Of a DNA stretch of 64,000 nt, positions 13,982 through 23,497 are shown piece by piece (the stretch's first letter is position 1; every line of letters begins with the position of its first letter). A program made the translations under genes and the position numbers. This stretch comes from Azolla caroliniana (Eukaryota > Plantae > Polypodiophyta): NCBI GenBank assembly GCA_043228905.1, contig JBHGNT010000003.1:10354001-10418000 (forward strand), in the 5' to 3' direction. A model generated the notes under the pieces. That model worked only from the letters and a program-made list of their open reading frames with translations. It was not told the DNA's origin and did not search any database.

Positions 13982-14152
13982 CACAAAAGACTTACTATTT
14001 CATAAAGCAATAATACAACATCCAACCTTACAAAAAGGTTGCAAGGTCACTATATATAGTGACCGACTTAGGGCAACTACCCTTTATGCTAATTACATAA
14101 ATGGCCAAAACGGGATAATGTGAATACGTCCATTATACACATGTATTCGACA
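8689..14152 (-). mobile_element. Intact Copia element A1 (LTRs 8689-8984 and 13857-14152, 296 bp each)
   Basis: TG...CA LTRs of equal length that look identical; TSD CCAGT; PBS TGGTATCAGAGC (13843-13854, tRNA-iMet); PPT next to 8985. Confidence 0.98.
9178..13191 (-). CDS. Copia gag-pol polyprotein (A1), uninterrupted
   Basis: About 1337 aa from ATG 13191; CNYCKKPGHIKADC knuckle, WLLDSGAS protease, HHCC/DDE integrase, YVDD RT, RNase H. Confidence 0.97.
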   Translation of the reverse strand: MASTSGSSEMSLRKFDGSNFNFWKEQMQDYLIVKGQIDPIENEEPPEGYKPIEWQKLDRIVRATIRMHLSESVYFTVQSCTTAFELWKTLSDTYEKKVAATKMFLIRRLYNLRMKESDSVQAHLNEYESISSQISSQGTAIEDELRAMILMSSLPSSWETFVTTVCNASTTAVKYSEVTSAILTEAARRKSFAKDSTDDAYVVQGSTDRSNIRGRDSSRPPNNQRRRSQSRDNRICNYCKKPGHIKADCRALKNKNNKKSGRHEEINYVSFSADVLPDDPNILSIENPVGSEVLLTTEESSTWLLDSGASFHVTPHRSQFRQYTIRHSDSVRVGNSQHCDIIGIGTVELNLAGGSTLVLHNVRHVPELSRPLISVGQLDEDGIRAGFSSGGWTLHRGNLLLARGPKIHSLYPLHVTLREGNLFLVDIPVSSLWHRRLGHLSKAGITHLSRAGYIPKLSFSDHQFCEHCQYGKQAAASHPTSAPRETRPLDLVHSDVCGPMPHQSLGGASYFVSFIDDSTRKVWAYPIRTKDRVFSIFSDWLAMVENQTGRKLKCFRTDNGGEFKSEEFVKFCRQRGIRREFTAPHSPEQNGIAERMNRTIQERTVSMLQHSGLSDGFWAEALLTAVHIINMSPSRPLGLQIPQELWIGSKPNYDKLRIFGCEAYALIPKDDRRKLAPRSRKCIFLGYGSDGEMGYRLWDPERRQIVRSSDVVFNESAMNPSVEKPIEVRRVTFSDVPTLQEGPALNTRSASRVAEPYTTDSDNPDSAQQNNPLSDHPTLIPDATSPILPRRSERLSQPPERYSPAIFFTDAGEPTSYEEASTSVDSATWHLAMESEMHSIRANKTWDLVELPRNRRALPCKWVYRLKETSDSTTPKYKARLVAKGFRQEYGVDFDEIFSPVVKMTTLRFLLGVVAADNLELIQLDVKTAFLHGDLEEEIYMEQPKGFVATGQEHLVCRLRKSLYGLKQAPRQWYKKFDDFIQSIGFSKSDEDHCLFTNTAQDGSPIFLIIYVDDMLISGRHAGELADLIQQLRLKFAMKDLGPARHILGMKISRHRDKRHLFLSQTDYIRRVLERFNMQSAKSASTPLPMNLRLSQRDCPTSGPEGEDMKSVPYAPAVGSLMYLMVATRPDISHAVGVVSRFMHNPGRSHWNAVKHVFRYLAGTKDHGILFGPNRTSGVVGYTDSDFAGCIDSRKSTTGYCFKFGNGAISWKSKLQECTATSTTEAEYVAASDAAKEALWLGRLAHTFRQVDHDSAPVVYSDSQGAVALSKNPVHHNASKHIDVRYHFVRDCVISGKIGLEKISTTDNVADGMTKCLSADRFRSLRHQMGVTTNQSG

Positions 14153-17100
14153 CCAGTATCCGTGCCCGAGCAGGTACTGGTGCATCTTGTAGGACCAAGA
14201 CGCGTAGTTGGTTCTGTCGAGCTTCTCTGTTGGAAGCGAGCTCGCCATGCCTCTATCCATCGTTCTTCTTGTTCTTCTTCGTCAAGCGGTGTCGACTGCA
14301 GAGAGGTTCTCAACCCTCGCACTCTGATACCATGTAGAAAGTAGCGTGCGGAAGCAAGTATGAAGACAGAACAGAAAAGAAGAACACTCAGGTTTAATGG
14401 AGAGCTTGAGCTTACGCAGTATACTCGGGAGAGACCAAGAGAGAGAATATGTATATTCAAGAAAGACAAAAAACAATACATATATGTGTTCAATGAACAC
14501 TTTGTACAAGTCCTAGAAGGACTGACCGAAGTACGGACAGTACTTCAATGCTCATTAAGAGCTCCTACACTAACTCCCAAATATATTCCTCACGGAATAT
14601 CTTTCCTAACGGCCTAACCGATCGGTCCCAACTGATCCGGTCCTCGGCTTCTTCAGCCGATCCGGCCGATGTTGAGCTTGTCTCTCAACAGCGTTTCTAT
14701 CTAGAGGGGTCGAGATGGGCTTACAGTTGGCCATCCCGATCTTGAAGAGCATATTCAGCACGTAATGACGTTGGCTGATCAATATGCCTTCGGGGGCGCG
14801 GACCACTTCGGTCTCGAGGAAGTAATGAAGGTCTCCAAGATCCTTCATTTAGAATGATGTTCAGGTCGGCACCAGCGATGACTAAATCATCAACATACAA
14901 TAGAAGGCTAACCGGTCCATTTTGACCTTGCCGAACAAATAGTGAAGAGTCTGATTTCAACGTCGTAAACCCCATCCTACGCAATTGTTGCGTAATCTTC
15001 GCATTCTAGGCTCGCGGGGCTTGCTTAAGTCCGTAGAGTGACTTCTTCAGCCGGCAAACTGCCGAAGTGTTTCATTCGGATAGAAATCCGGGGGGTTGTA
15101 CCATGTACACCTGTTCCTCAAGATCACCTTGTAGGAATGCGTTCTTTACATCCATTTGATGTAAGTGCCACCCCTTTGCCGCAGTTGCGGGTAGCAGAAC
15201 ATGCACGGTACTCATCTTCGCAACCGGCGCGAAGGTCTCTTCATAATCTACGTCATACTTCTGCGTGTAGCCTATCGCAACCAAATGGGCCTTGTATCGA
15301 TTGATTGAGTTGTTGGTATTGTATTTCACTTTATACACCCACCTACATCCAATCGGCTTTACATCCTTCGGTGCGTCAACCAGGTTCCAAGTCTCATTCT
15401 CAGTCAAAGCGTGCATCTCTTCCTCCATCATGGCACGCCAGTTTGTGTCTTTCACCGCTTCTGCGTAGCTCCCTGGCTCACGCACTTCCGCCACTCATGT
15501 CATGTACGCGTAATGGTGCGCCATGTACTCATTATACCCGTATCTCTTTACGGGGTTCTTCAAGCGGGTAGATCAGTGTAATTCGTGATTACCCAATTTC
15601 ACGACCTTTTCGGCTAATGTCGACCTCTTCCGTGGAGCTTCCTTTTCAGTTTGCCCGTAGTCAGACTCGCTCCGATCTGACTCGGCATTGTCGAAATCGT
15701 ACTCCGACATCTTTTTCTTCCCTTTCTCCTTGCGCGTAAACCGTCTCCTCGATTCTTTACGCAGGGACATCATAGTTGAGTCTTCACTACTCGCCGTCTC
15801 TTCATTTGGTTCGCCATTTCGGTCCAACCCCTCATTCGGCCCACTGAGCCGAAATGAGATCGGACTCTCTCTTAGAGCTCAGATGTCCTCATCATGTGGA
15901 GGCATCTCAACCTCGTTGACTTCTTCTTCAGAATTCAGAATGGAGTCATGAGGTAGTGAAGGGGAAGGCAAGTACCACCAAGCAGACTCGTCGAAAATTA
16001 CATCTCGACTTACGTGCACTTCCTTTGTTCGGGGGTGATAACACTTATACCCCTTCTACTCGTCTGGATAGTCGACTAAGATGCACTTTTCGGCTTTGGC
16101 ATCCAGCTTACTCCTCTTTTCCTTCGGCACATGCACATATGCAATGCTACCGAAAATCCTCAAGTGTGCCAAGTTCGGCTTCTTCCCGAAATACAATTCA
16201 TGTGGCAACACTCCTCCATTAGCAGAAGTCTGATTCTACAAGTAGACAGCCATCCTCACGGCTTCAGCCCAATAGAATTTCGGCATATGCTTCTCTGAGG
16301 GCATTGCCTTGGCTGCTTCTTCGATTGTCCAATTCTTCCGTTCGGCCACGCCGTTCTGCTGCAACGTGTATCTACACGAGAATTCACGTCGAATTCCCTC
16401 CTTCTATAGATAACTTGTGAACTAGTTGGAGAAGTACTCCTTCCTACCATCGGACCATAGGCATTTGATCTTACGCCCTGTTTCCCTTTCCGCAAGCCTC
16501 TTTACCTTCAGGAAACATGTGAAGACTTCGCTCTTCTTTGCGATCGTGTATGCCCACGTGTGCCGAGTGAAGTCATCGATGAAGGTTACAAAGTAACGGC
16601 TTCCACCGAGACTCATGTTCTATGTTGGACCCTACACATCCGAATGGATCAAATCTAGTGGATTTCAACTACGATTACGCTGGTTGGGGAATGGAAGTCG
16701 GTGTGTTTTCCCATTTGGTAGGCTTCACAGGCTTGGTCATTCCGGCCTCGAGATTTCGGCAAGCCGAACACAATGTTCTTCGTCTGCATTTCACAAAGCC
16801 GCAGGAAGTTAATATGGCCCAACCACTTATGCCACAGGTCGATGTCCAACTCGACCTTCTGCCCTTTCGCAAACATAGCGGTGCCCACATTGTTGGTTTC
16901 GAGGATAAACATCCTCCCTTCACGGCACCCTTATGCGATTACTTTGCCCTCCTCTTCGAACTTGCATACCTTGGTCGACGATCTTTCCGACCGACACAAG
17001 GTTCTTGGTTATTTTCGGGACGTGTAACACGTTCAAGAGTTTCCCTTTCTGCCCGACATGGCTGAGGGGAACTTCACCAACATGTTCGATGGTATGCGGA

Positions 17101-18209
17101 GTGTCGTCTCTGGTTTGAACCACTCCTTGCTTTTCCGGCTTCTCCAAGTGCGAGAACCATTCCTCGTGACTCGTCATATGATTTGACGCTCCGGAATCAA
17201 CATACCACACCTCGCTAGATTTCGAGGTGTTCACGCATATTGAATTTGGCCTTGTGCTTCATTACGAGGGCAGGGTTCGATTCATTTACGGCTTGTTCGG
17301 AGTCCTCAATGTAGTGCGACTTTTGATGCCTTCTTGCGTCTCTCCCACTTGATCCGGCTTTGTCCGAATCGGCTTCCTTTTTCCAACATTTTCCAACACT
17401 CGCTCTCCTTGTGGCCTTTCTTGCCACAATACCAGCATTCTATCGTGGCCTTCTCTTGCCAGCTTCCGGCACCATGACTCCCCCTGCTTCCAGAGGGTTT
17501 GGAATTGTTCCCAACATTTCGATTATTCCGTCCATTCAGCTCTTTTCAGCCGCCTCCATTATGCGTTGATCTGCCTCTTCCGCCACGACCACGGGGCATA
17601 TCTCCCTCCGTGTACAGCATCTTGTCGTCGGCGTGCGTACTCGTCGACGCACCCGCGTGATTTTCCTCCACGAGCAACATTGACTAAAGCTCGAAGAATG
17701 TAGGCGTATTCTCCCTCGTACAGACCGTCGTTCGGAATGCTCCGAACTTTGACGCTAATGCACCAAGACAAACCTGCACCATCTCATCTTCCTCGATATT
17801 CACGTTGACGGAGGCGAGAGAGTCGCAGATTTCTTTGATCCTGGAGGTGTAATCAGCCACCGACATATCTCGTTGTCGAACATTGCTCAACTCCTGGCTG
17901 AGTTGAAGCTTCTTGGCTGTCGTGCTAGTGGCAAAAATCTTTTTGGCGTCTTGGCATCCCCAATATGGCTCAATAGCTGGTCTCTCATACAAGACGCAAA
18001 GCAGTAGAGAACTCTACTCGCCGCCTGTTCCCAAGACAAAAAATCCATGTGTGTCGATTCGGGTGTTGTATCATTATCTCCTTCAACATAACTACAGTAG
18101 CCATGACCAAACAGGTACTGGTGCATCTTGTACGACCAAGATGCATAGTTGCTCCTGTCGAGCTTCTCAGTCAGTAGCGAGCTTCCCATTCCTCTATCCA
18201 TGTTGTTGT

Positions 18210-19457
18210 CTTATCTTTTCCGAAAGCCAAGAATAACTCCATACGAGCTCCTTGTCGGAAGAAAGCCGATCTTGTTGCACCTCAAGGTGTTCAGAAGCAT
18301 TGAGAATGTACGCATCCCGTACGAACAACAACAGAAGCCCAACACGAAGTTGGAGAAATGTATCCTCATAGGATACTCGTACGAGAAGAAGGCATACAAG
18401 TGATACAACCCTTCTACCCAAGCGGTTCGGGTAAGTCGAGACGTAGTCTTCGACGAGTCTGCATCCTGGTACGCACTAGAGACAACTTCGACTCGTACGA
18501 GAAGAAGGCATCCTCAAGGTGTTCAGAAGCATTGAGAATGTACGCATCCCGTACGAACAACGACAGAAGCCCAACACGAAGTTGGAGAAATGTATCCTCA
18601 TAGGATACTCGTACGAGAAGAAGGCATACAAGTGATACAACCCTTCTACCCAAGCGGTTCGGGTAAGTCGAGACGTAGTCTTCGACGAGTCTGCATCCTG
18701 GTACGCACTAGAGACAACTTCGACTCTAACTCCGCTCGACCCAGAATCCATTGAACAAGAGGTAGAAGATGGAGATCTCTTCGAACACATGTTCGAAGAA
18801 AGTCCGATTACAGCAAGGCCTAGTGGGCCACAAGAGCCGCCACACGACCCAAGCATGTCGTGGCCAAGTAAGAACTTGGACAAAGGCAGAGTTAAGATGC
18901 CCGAATACGAAGTTGATCACCCCGACGACAGTGATTCGGATGTGTCGGCTCCCTCACTAGATAGTGAGTTCAGTGTACCCATCATGCAAACACCTAGAGC
19001 AAAGAAGGCACTCACATCGGCGAGCGAAAAAATTCGACGCTCATCTAGAGCTAAGAACCATGTCACCCGGCTTAGCTTCAACTAGTAAATGGCCCATCAC
19101 TATGCCTTCGCAATGAAGGTAGCGGCCGAACAAGATCCCAAGAGCTCCACCGAAGTGGCTCGTAACACACGATGGGGTTGGAAGTAGTCAACCTTCACCC
19201 ACACACTACAAGCTTTCATCACCGGCTTGAGAGGGAGTAAGCAAGATTGCCACAACAAAGAAAGTCGAAGACCGGACGAAAGCACACGAAGACGACGAAA
19301 GCCAAAGCGGATGTCGGACACCTCACACTTGAGCTTGAGGGGGCATGTTGAGAGATCAAGTTCAACTTAATTTAGTTATTTAGTCAACCATGTAACTTTG
19401 TAGTTACCTAGATAGAATCTAGTTAGGAGTGTTGACTATAACGCCTTAAATAGGACC
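18210..19457 (+). mobile_element. 3' remnant of a + strand Copia (probably the continuation of H): integrase C-terminus, RT/RNase H deleted, PPT, LTR starting at 19346 (resumes 25135 to about 25186)
   Basis: TPYELLVGRKP..HLKVF, KCILIGYS, VSRDVVFDES; PPT GAGGGGGCA followed by TGTTGAGAGATCAAG. Confidence 0.75.
18280..18726. repeat. Tandem duplication of about 215 bp with a 17-bp filler
   Basis: 18280-18494 is repeated at 18512-18726. Confidence 0.9.
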
Positions 19458-19915
19458 TGTCAGGAGTAGTACTAAAGCAGAGATGGAATTAGTACTAAAG
19501 AAGAGCAGTACTATTAGTACTAAGAGGACGGGACTACGTAAGATTCCCGAGAGAGGAAGTGAGAAGAGAAGAGAGAGAGAGATAGCGAGAAAGAGAGAGA
19601 GAGAAGGATGATGACAGCAGCTCTTATATTATGTGAAAAGATAAGTACAAATCGGCTAAGAGGCTTAAGACTGGCGTTGAACCAATTTGGTTCAAAACAA
19701 TGCCTTGTGCCTCCTTTCATAGTGTTTTTAGGAATAATCCTGAAGCTTCTAGAATGTTCCAGAGAGATCTGGAATATACATCAATTTTCTATGATAAAAC
19801 ATAAATGAAAATAATATCCTACAAATTACAATTCATAGTCTAATGGTAAGAGCTCGACCCATGTAGCATAAGGTCATGGGTTCGAGTCTTGCCATATCAT
19901 GACACTATCTCCCCC

Positions 19916-22900
19916 TTAAAGACGACGAGTGGAACGAGTCGGCGCTAATTGCGGACCGGGTTTGTCCGGATACTTTCGGTGGAAATCAGCAAGAAGATCC
20001 TGTGCATTGGCAACATGCTCGACGGGTTCCCAAGTACGTTCGCTCGGACTATAACCGAGCCAATCGACCAAGTAATAAAGTTTGTTGCGAACAAGTTTGG
20101 AATCGAGGATGGCAGCACCTTCATACTTCGGGCCGGCGTCCAACTCTAGCGGGGGCGGCGGTGGTGTCACACAATCGAGAATGGTGTTTGCTTTATACGG
20201 TTCAAGAAGAGAACAATGGAAAACCGGATGTATCTGAAGCTGCGGAGGGAGATCAAGGCGGAATGTGACATCATTAATCTTACCCGTAATACGGAAGGGA
20301 CCGAGTCGTCGATAATCCAACTTGTCGCACGGTCGAGTAGTCTTGATGTGACGACGTAAGAGCCATACTCGATCTCCGATGGCAAAAGAGGAGGGAATCC
20401 GATGACGATCCGCATAAGTCTTCTGTGTGTGTTGAGCATGACGAAGGTGAGTAGAGAGATCCATCTGGATCTTGCGTAGCCTCTCCAAATGATCCTCGGC
20501 ACAAGGGTTGGTAGGTAGCTCCGGGGTGTCGATCACCGACCAACGAGGATGGAAACCGGTATAAGCGAAAAATGGGGAGACCCGAGTCGAGGAGTGAATA
20601 GCATTATTATACGCAAACTCCGCAAAGTGGAGAATCTTGGCCCAATCGTCCTGTTGATAACTCAAGAAACACCGGAGATATTGCTCTAGCGTTTGGTTTG
20701 TTCGTTCCGCCTGCCCGTTGGTCTGAGGATGGTAGCCGGAGGAGAGATTGCAGGAGACCTTGAGCATCTTGAAGAAATGCTGCCAAAAATTGGAGACAAA
20801 TTGCGGTCCTCGGTCACTGATGATACTGTCTGGGAGGCCATGATGCCGAAATACCTCACGCATAACAAGGGCGGCAGTTTCCTCGCTAGTGATGGCTTTA
20901 GTACACGGCACAAAATGTGCCATCTTCGTATATCGATCGACGACGGTTAGGATAGCATTGAACCCCTTCGAGACTGGCAGATCTGTGATAAAATCAAGAC
21001 AAATAGACTGCCACGGCTTACTTGGAATCGGTAAGGGTTCCAACAAGCCATATGGATGGTGTCGTGGCATCTTTGCGCAGCAGCAAGCATCACAGGTCCG
21101 AACGTAGTCGTCGACAAAACGGCGCATGTGGGGCCACCAAAAAAATCGTTGCACTAGCTCCAACGTCTTAGTACTACCGAAATGTCCCGCCGTATGGGTG
21201 TCGTGACAATGCTGGACAATTTGAAGGCGACAAGAGCAATCGGGGACATATACGCGCTTTTTAAAGAATAACAAACCATCATGATATTTGAATTGTCGGT
21301 AGTCAATACCTGGTTGTTGAGACCGAGAACATGATGCCCGAGAAGTATCAATGTGCGCCAGGATGTCTTGAGCAAAACTATCCGTCTTCGAGGTTGCACG
21401 TATGTCATCGGTAATCCGTGAATCCATCGGGGTGTGAAAAATCCGCGTCGTGTGCAATCGTGTTGGTCCCAAGATTACTTGCTTTTGATTATCAAATGTT
21501 GCATCACCAAGACGAGGTGCAAGATATGAACGCCGTGATAGTGCATCTGCTTTTCCTTGCTGCTTCCCCGGTCGATATGTGATTTTGAAGTCGAAACGCG
21601 TGAGGAATTGCGCCCACCGAGCTTGCCGTCGATTTAGTACGCGAGCGTTCTGAAAATAAGCAAGATTTTTATGATCGCTAAAGACAATGACCTGATGTGG
21701 AGAGCCCTCTAAAAAATGTCGCCATTGTACAAATGAATCCACGATGGCTAATAACTCCTTGTCATGTATTTCGTAGTTGATTTCTTCGACATCGAATTTG
21801 CGCGAATGGAAAGCCACCGGATGCAACTCTTCTTTATCTCCTGGTTGAGAAAGGATGCTACCGAGGGCGAAATCTGATGCGTCGGCCTCCATGATGAATG
21901 GTTTGCTTGTATCCACATGAACTAGAATCGGTGCTGATGTAAAGGCTTTCTTAAGATGCCGAAAAGCCATATCTGCTTCTATGGACCAAAGAAATGCTTG
22001 GCCCTTCTTTGTAAGTTGTGTGAGAGGTAAAATAATCTTCGAGTAATCCTGTATAAACTTACGGTAGAAGTTAGCAAAACCTAGAAAACATTGTACATCT
22101 CGTACCGACCGTGGAATTTGCCACTCTAGTACAGTTTGGATTTTAGCTGGATCCATGGCGATGCCCTTTGAGGAGATGACGTAGCCTAGAAATTCCACTT
22201 GCTTGCAGTCAAAGCTACATTTTTCTAGCTTGGCATAAAGACCATTCTCGCGGAGTCGCTTTAGTACTAATAGTACATGAGAATCGTGCTCTTCCTGGGT
22301 CTTCGAATAAATCAATAGATCATCCAGATAAATGATCAAACAGATATCCAAGAGGTCTCTGAATATATCATTTGCCATGTGTTGGAAGACTGCGGGTGCA
22401 TTGGTTAGGCCGAACGGCATAACAGTATACTCGAAATGCCCATACCGCATGCAGAAGGCAGTCTTCCATTCATCTCCTGGTCGGATCTGCACGAGGTTAT
22501 ACGCTCCTCGTAGGTCGATTTTAGTAAAAAACTTGGCACCATTAACTCGCTCTAAAAGACTTGATATAAGAGGAAGTGCATACCTATTCCGGATAGTGAC
22601 TTTATTCAATTCGCGGTAATCAACGACAAGACGAAGTGAGCCATCTTTCTTCTTGACAAAGAAGATGGGTGCACCGGCCGGAGATTTCGAATGACGGATG
22701 AACCCGCTTGCCAAGTTCTCCTCTATGTAGGCTTGAAGGACTTCTAACTCGGTGGGTGACAAGTTGTAAACTGGTCCCCGTGGTGGCTCGGTTCCTAGTT
22801 GTAAATCGATGGGACAGTCATAAGGACGGTGATGAGGAAGGGTACCGGCTTTTACCTTGTCAAATACATCGGCATAAGGATGATATTTTGCTGGAAGTTG

Positions 22901-23497
22901 TACTGAGGAGTCCTTCTTAATAGTGCTGGAAGGATGTACTGATATTGCAAATAGGAACATTGCCTCCTTGGGTCCTTCTTCGCGTAGTTGATGGAGTGAA
23001 ATGGTCGAAACTCGGTGAGTTGATTCTTGGGGTGGTCGATATCGGACTTCTCTTGTTCTCCAATCTATGGCTGGATTATGTAATTCAAACCAAGGTAATC
23101 CTAGGACAATGGGATGCTCTGGACTACTAATTATATTAAATGATATTACACACACAAAACTACCTAGGACAACTTGAATGGGTTCTGATTCTTCTACAAT
23201 ATTCCCGGAAGCAATGGGACGACCATCAATGACTACTACAGCTGCGGGACAAGGAAGTTTTCTTAAGGATGTCTGAGAAGCTTGGGCAAAATTTCGATCC
23301 ATGAAACAGGAATTAGCTCCGGAATCTAAAAGTGCTAGGACGGGTACTGGGGGAGTACTTTTAGTACTAACAATGACTTGGGCTAGGAACACATTGCTAA
23401 CTTGCTTGGAAGGAATGGAACCACTAATGGGCTGTACAGATCTAGGGCTGTTGTCCAACCAAATGGCTCCTATTTTGGCTGGACTCAATCGTTTAAC
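19916..23497 (-). CDS. Pol of chromovirus G (PR-RT-RH-IN-chromodomain), probably reached by -1 frameshift
   Basis: LLDSGA protease, YLDD RT, ADASD RNase H, integrase, GPF motif, YYLVDWLGYSPSERTWEP chromodomain; no ATG start; frame is -1 relative to gag. Confidence 0.93.
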   Translation of the reverse strand, partial: VKRLSPAKIGAIWLDNSPRSVQPISGSIPSKQVSNVFLAQVIVSTKSTPPVPVLALLDSGANSCFMDRNFAQASQTSLRKLPCPAAVVVIDGRPIASGNIVEESEPIQVVLGSFVCVISFNIISSPEHPIVLGLPWFELHNPAIDWRTREVRYRPPQESTHRVSTISLHQLREEGPKEAMFLFAISVHPSSTIKKDSSVQLPAKYHPYADVFDKVKAGTLPHHRPYDCPIDLQLGTEPPRGPVYNLSPTELEVLQAYIEENLASGFIRHSKSPAGAPIFFVKKKDGSLRLVVDYRELNKVTIRNRYALPLISSLLERVNGAKFFTKIDLRGAYNLVQIRPGDEWKTAFCMRYGHFEYTVMPFGLTNAPAVFQHMANDIFRDLLDICLIIYLDDLLIYSKTQEEHDSHVLLVLKRLRENGLYAKLEKCSFDCKQVEFLGYVISSKGIAMDPAKIQTVLEWQIPRSVRDVQCFLGFANFYRKFIQDYSKIILPLTQLTKKGQAFLWSIEADMAFRHLKKAFTSAPILVHVDTSKPFIMEADASDFALGSILSQPGDKEELHPVAFHSRKFDVEEINYEIHDKELLAIVDSFVQWRHFLEGSPHQVIVFSDHKNLAYFQNARVLNRRQARWAQFLTRFDFKITYRPGKQQGKADALSRRSYLAPRLGDATFDNQKQVILGPTRLHTTRIFHTPMDSRITDDIRATSKTDSFAQDILAHIDTSRASCSRSQQPGIDYRQFKYHDGLLFFKKRVYVPDCSCRLQIVQHCHDTHTAGHFGSTKTLELVQRFFWWPHMRRFVDDYVRTCDACCCAKMPRHHPYGLLEPLPIPSKPWQSICLDFITDLPVSKGFNAILTVVDRYTKMAHFVPCTKAITSEETAALVMREVFRHHGLPDSIISDRGPQFVSNFWQHFFKMLKVSCNLSSGYHPQTNGQAERTNQTLEQYLRCFLSYQQDDWAKILHFAEFAYNNAIHSSTRVSPFFAYTGFHPRWSVIDTPELPTNPCAEDHLERLRKIQMDLSTHLRHAQHTQKTYADRHRIPSSFAIGDRVWLLRRHIKTTRPCDKLDYRRLGPFRITGKINDVTFRLDLPPQLQIHPVFHCSLLEPYKANTILDCVTPPPPPLELDAGPKYEGAAILDSKLVRNKLYYLVDWLGYSPSERTWEPVEHVANAQDLLADFHRKYPDKPGPQLAPTRSTRRL

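Larger units (their letters stand above)
4327..14690 (-). mobile_element. Copia element B, inserted in the RT of C; 5' LTR 14333-14690, 3' LTR truncated (4327 to about 4430); gag interrupted by Copia A1
   Basis: TSD GCGTT (4322-4326 and 14691-14695); both LTR copies begin TGTAGAAAGTAGCGTGCGGAAGC on +; tRNA-iMet-type PBS TGGTATCAGAG next to 14333; zinc knuckle CWYCGKKGHRESEC, PR WYVDSG, RT YVDD, RNase H. Confidence 0.92.
1600..18201 (-). mobile_element. Degenerate Copia element C; 3' LTR about 1600-3104, 5' LTR missing; hosts element B and a solo LTR
   Basis: gag start MDRGMGSS at 18201; PR WYVDSGASNHMT; IN and RT fragments 14696-17234; RT/RNase H resumes at 4321-3475; purine tract at 3105-3120 next to LTR end TGTTGAGTGACAAGCTCAACA; pol is contiguous across the GCGTT TSD of element B. 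Confidence 0.75.

Noticed and set aside
19830-19904. Functional tRNA gene (also 2538-2602)
   Set aside because: A and B boxes are present but the acceptor and T stems do not pair properly; kept only as tRNA-like motifs
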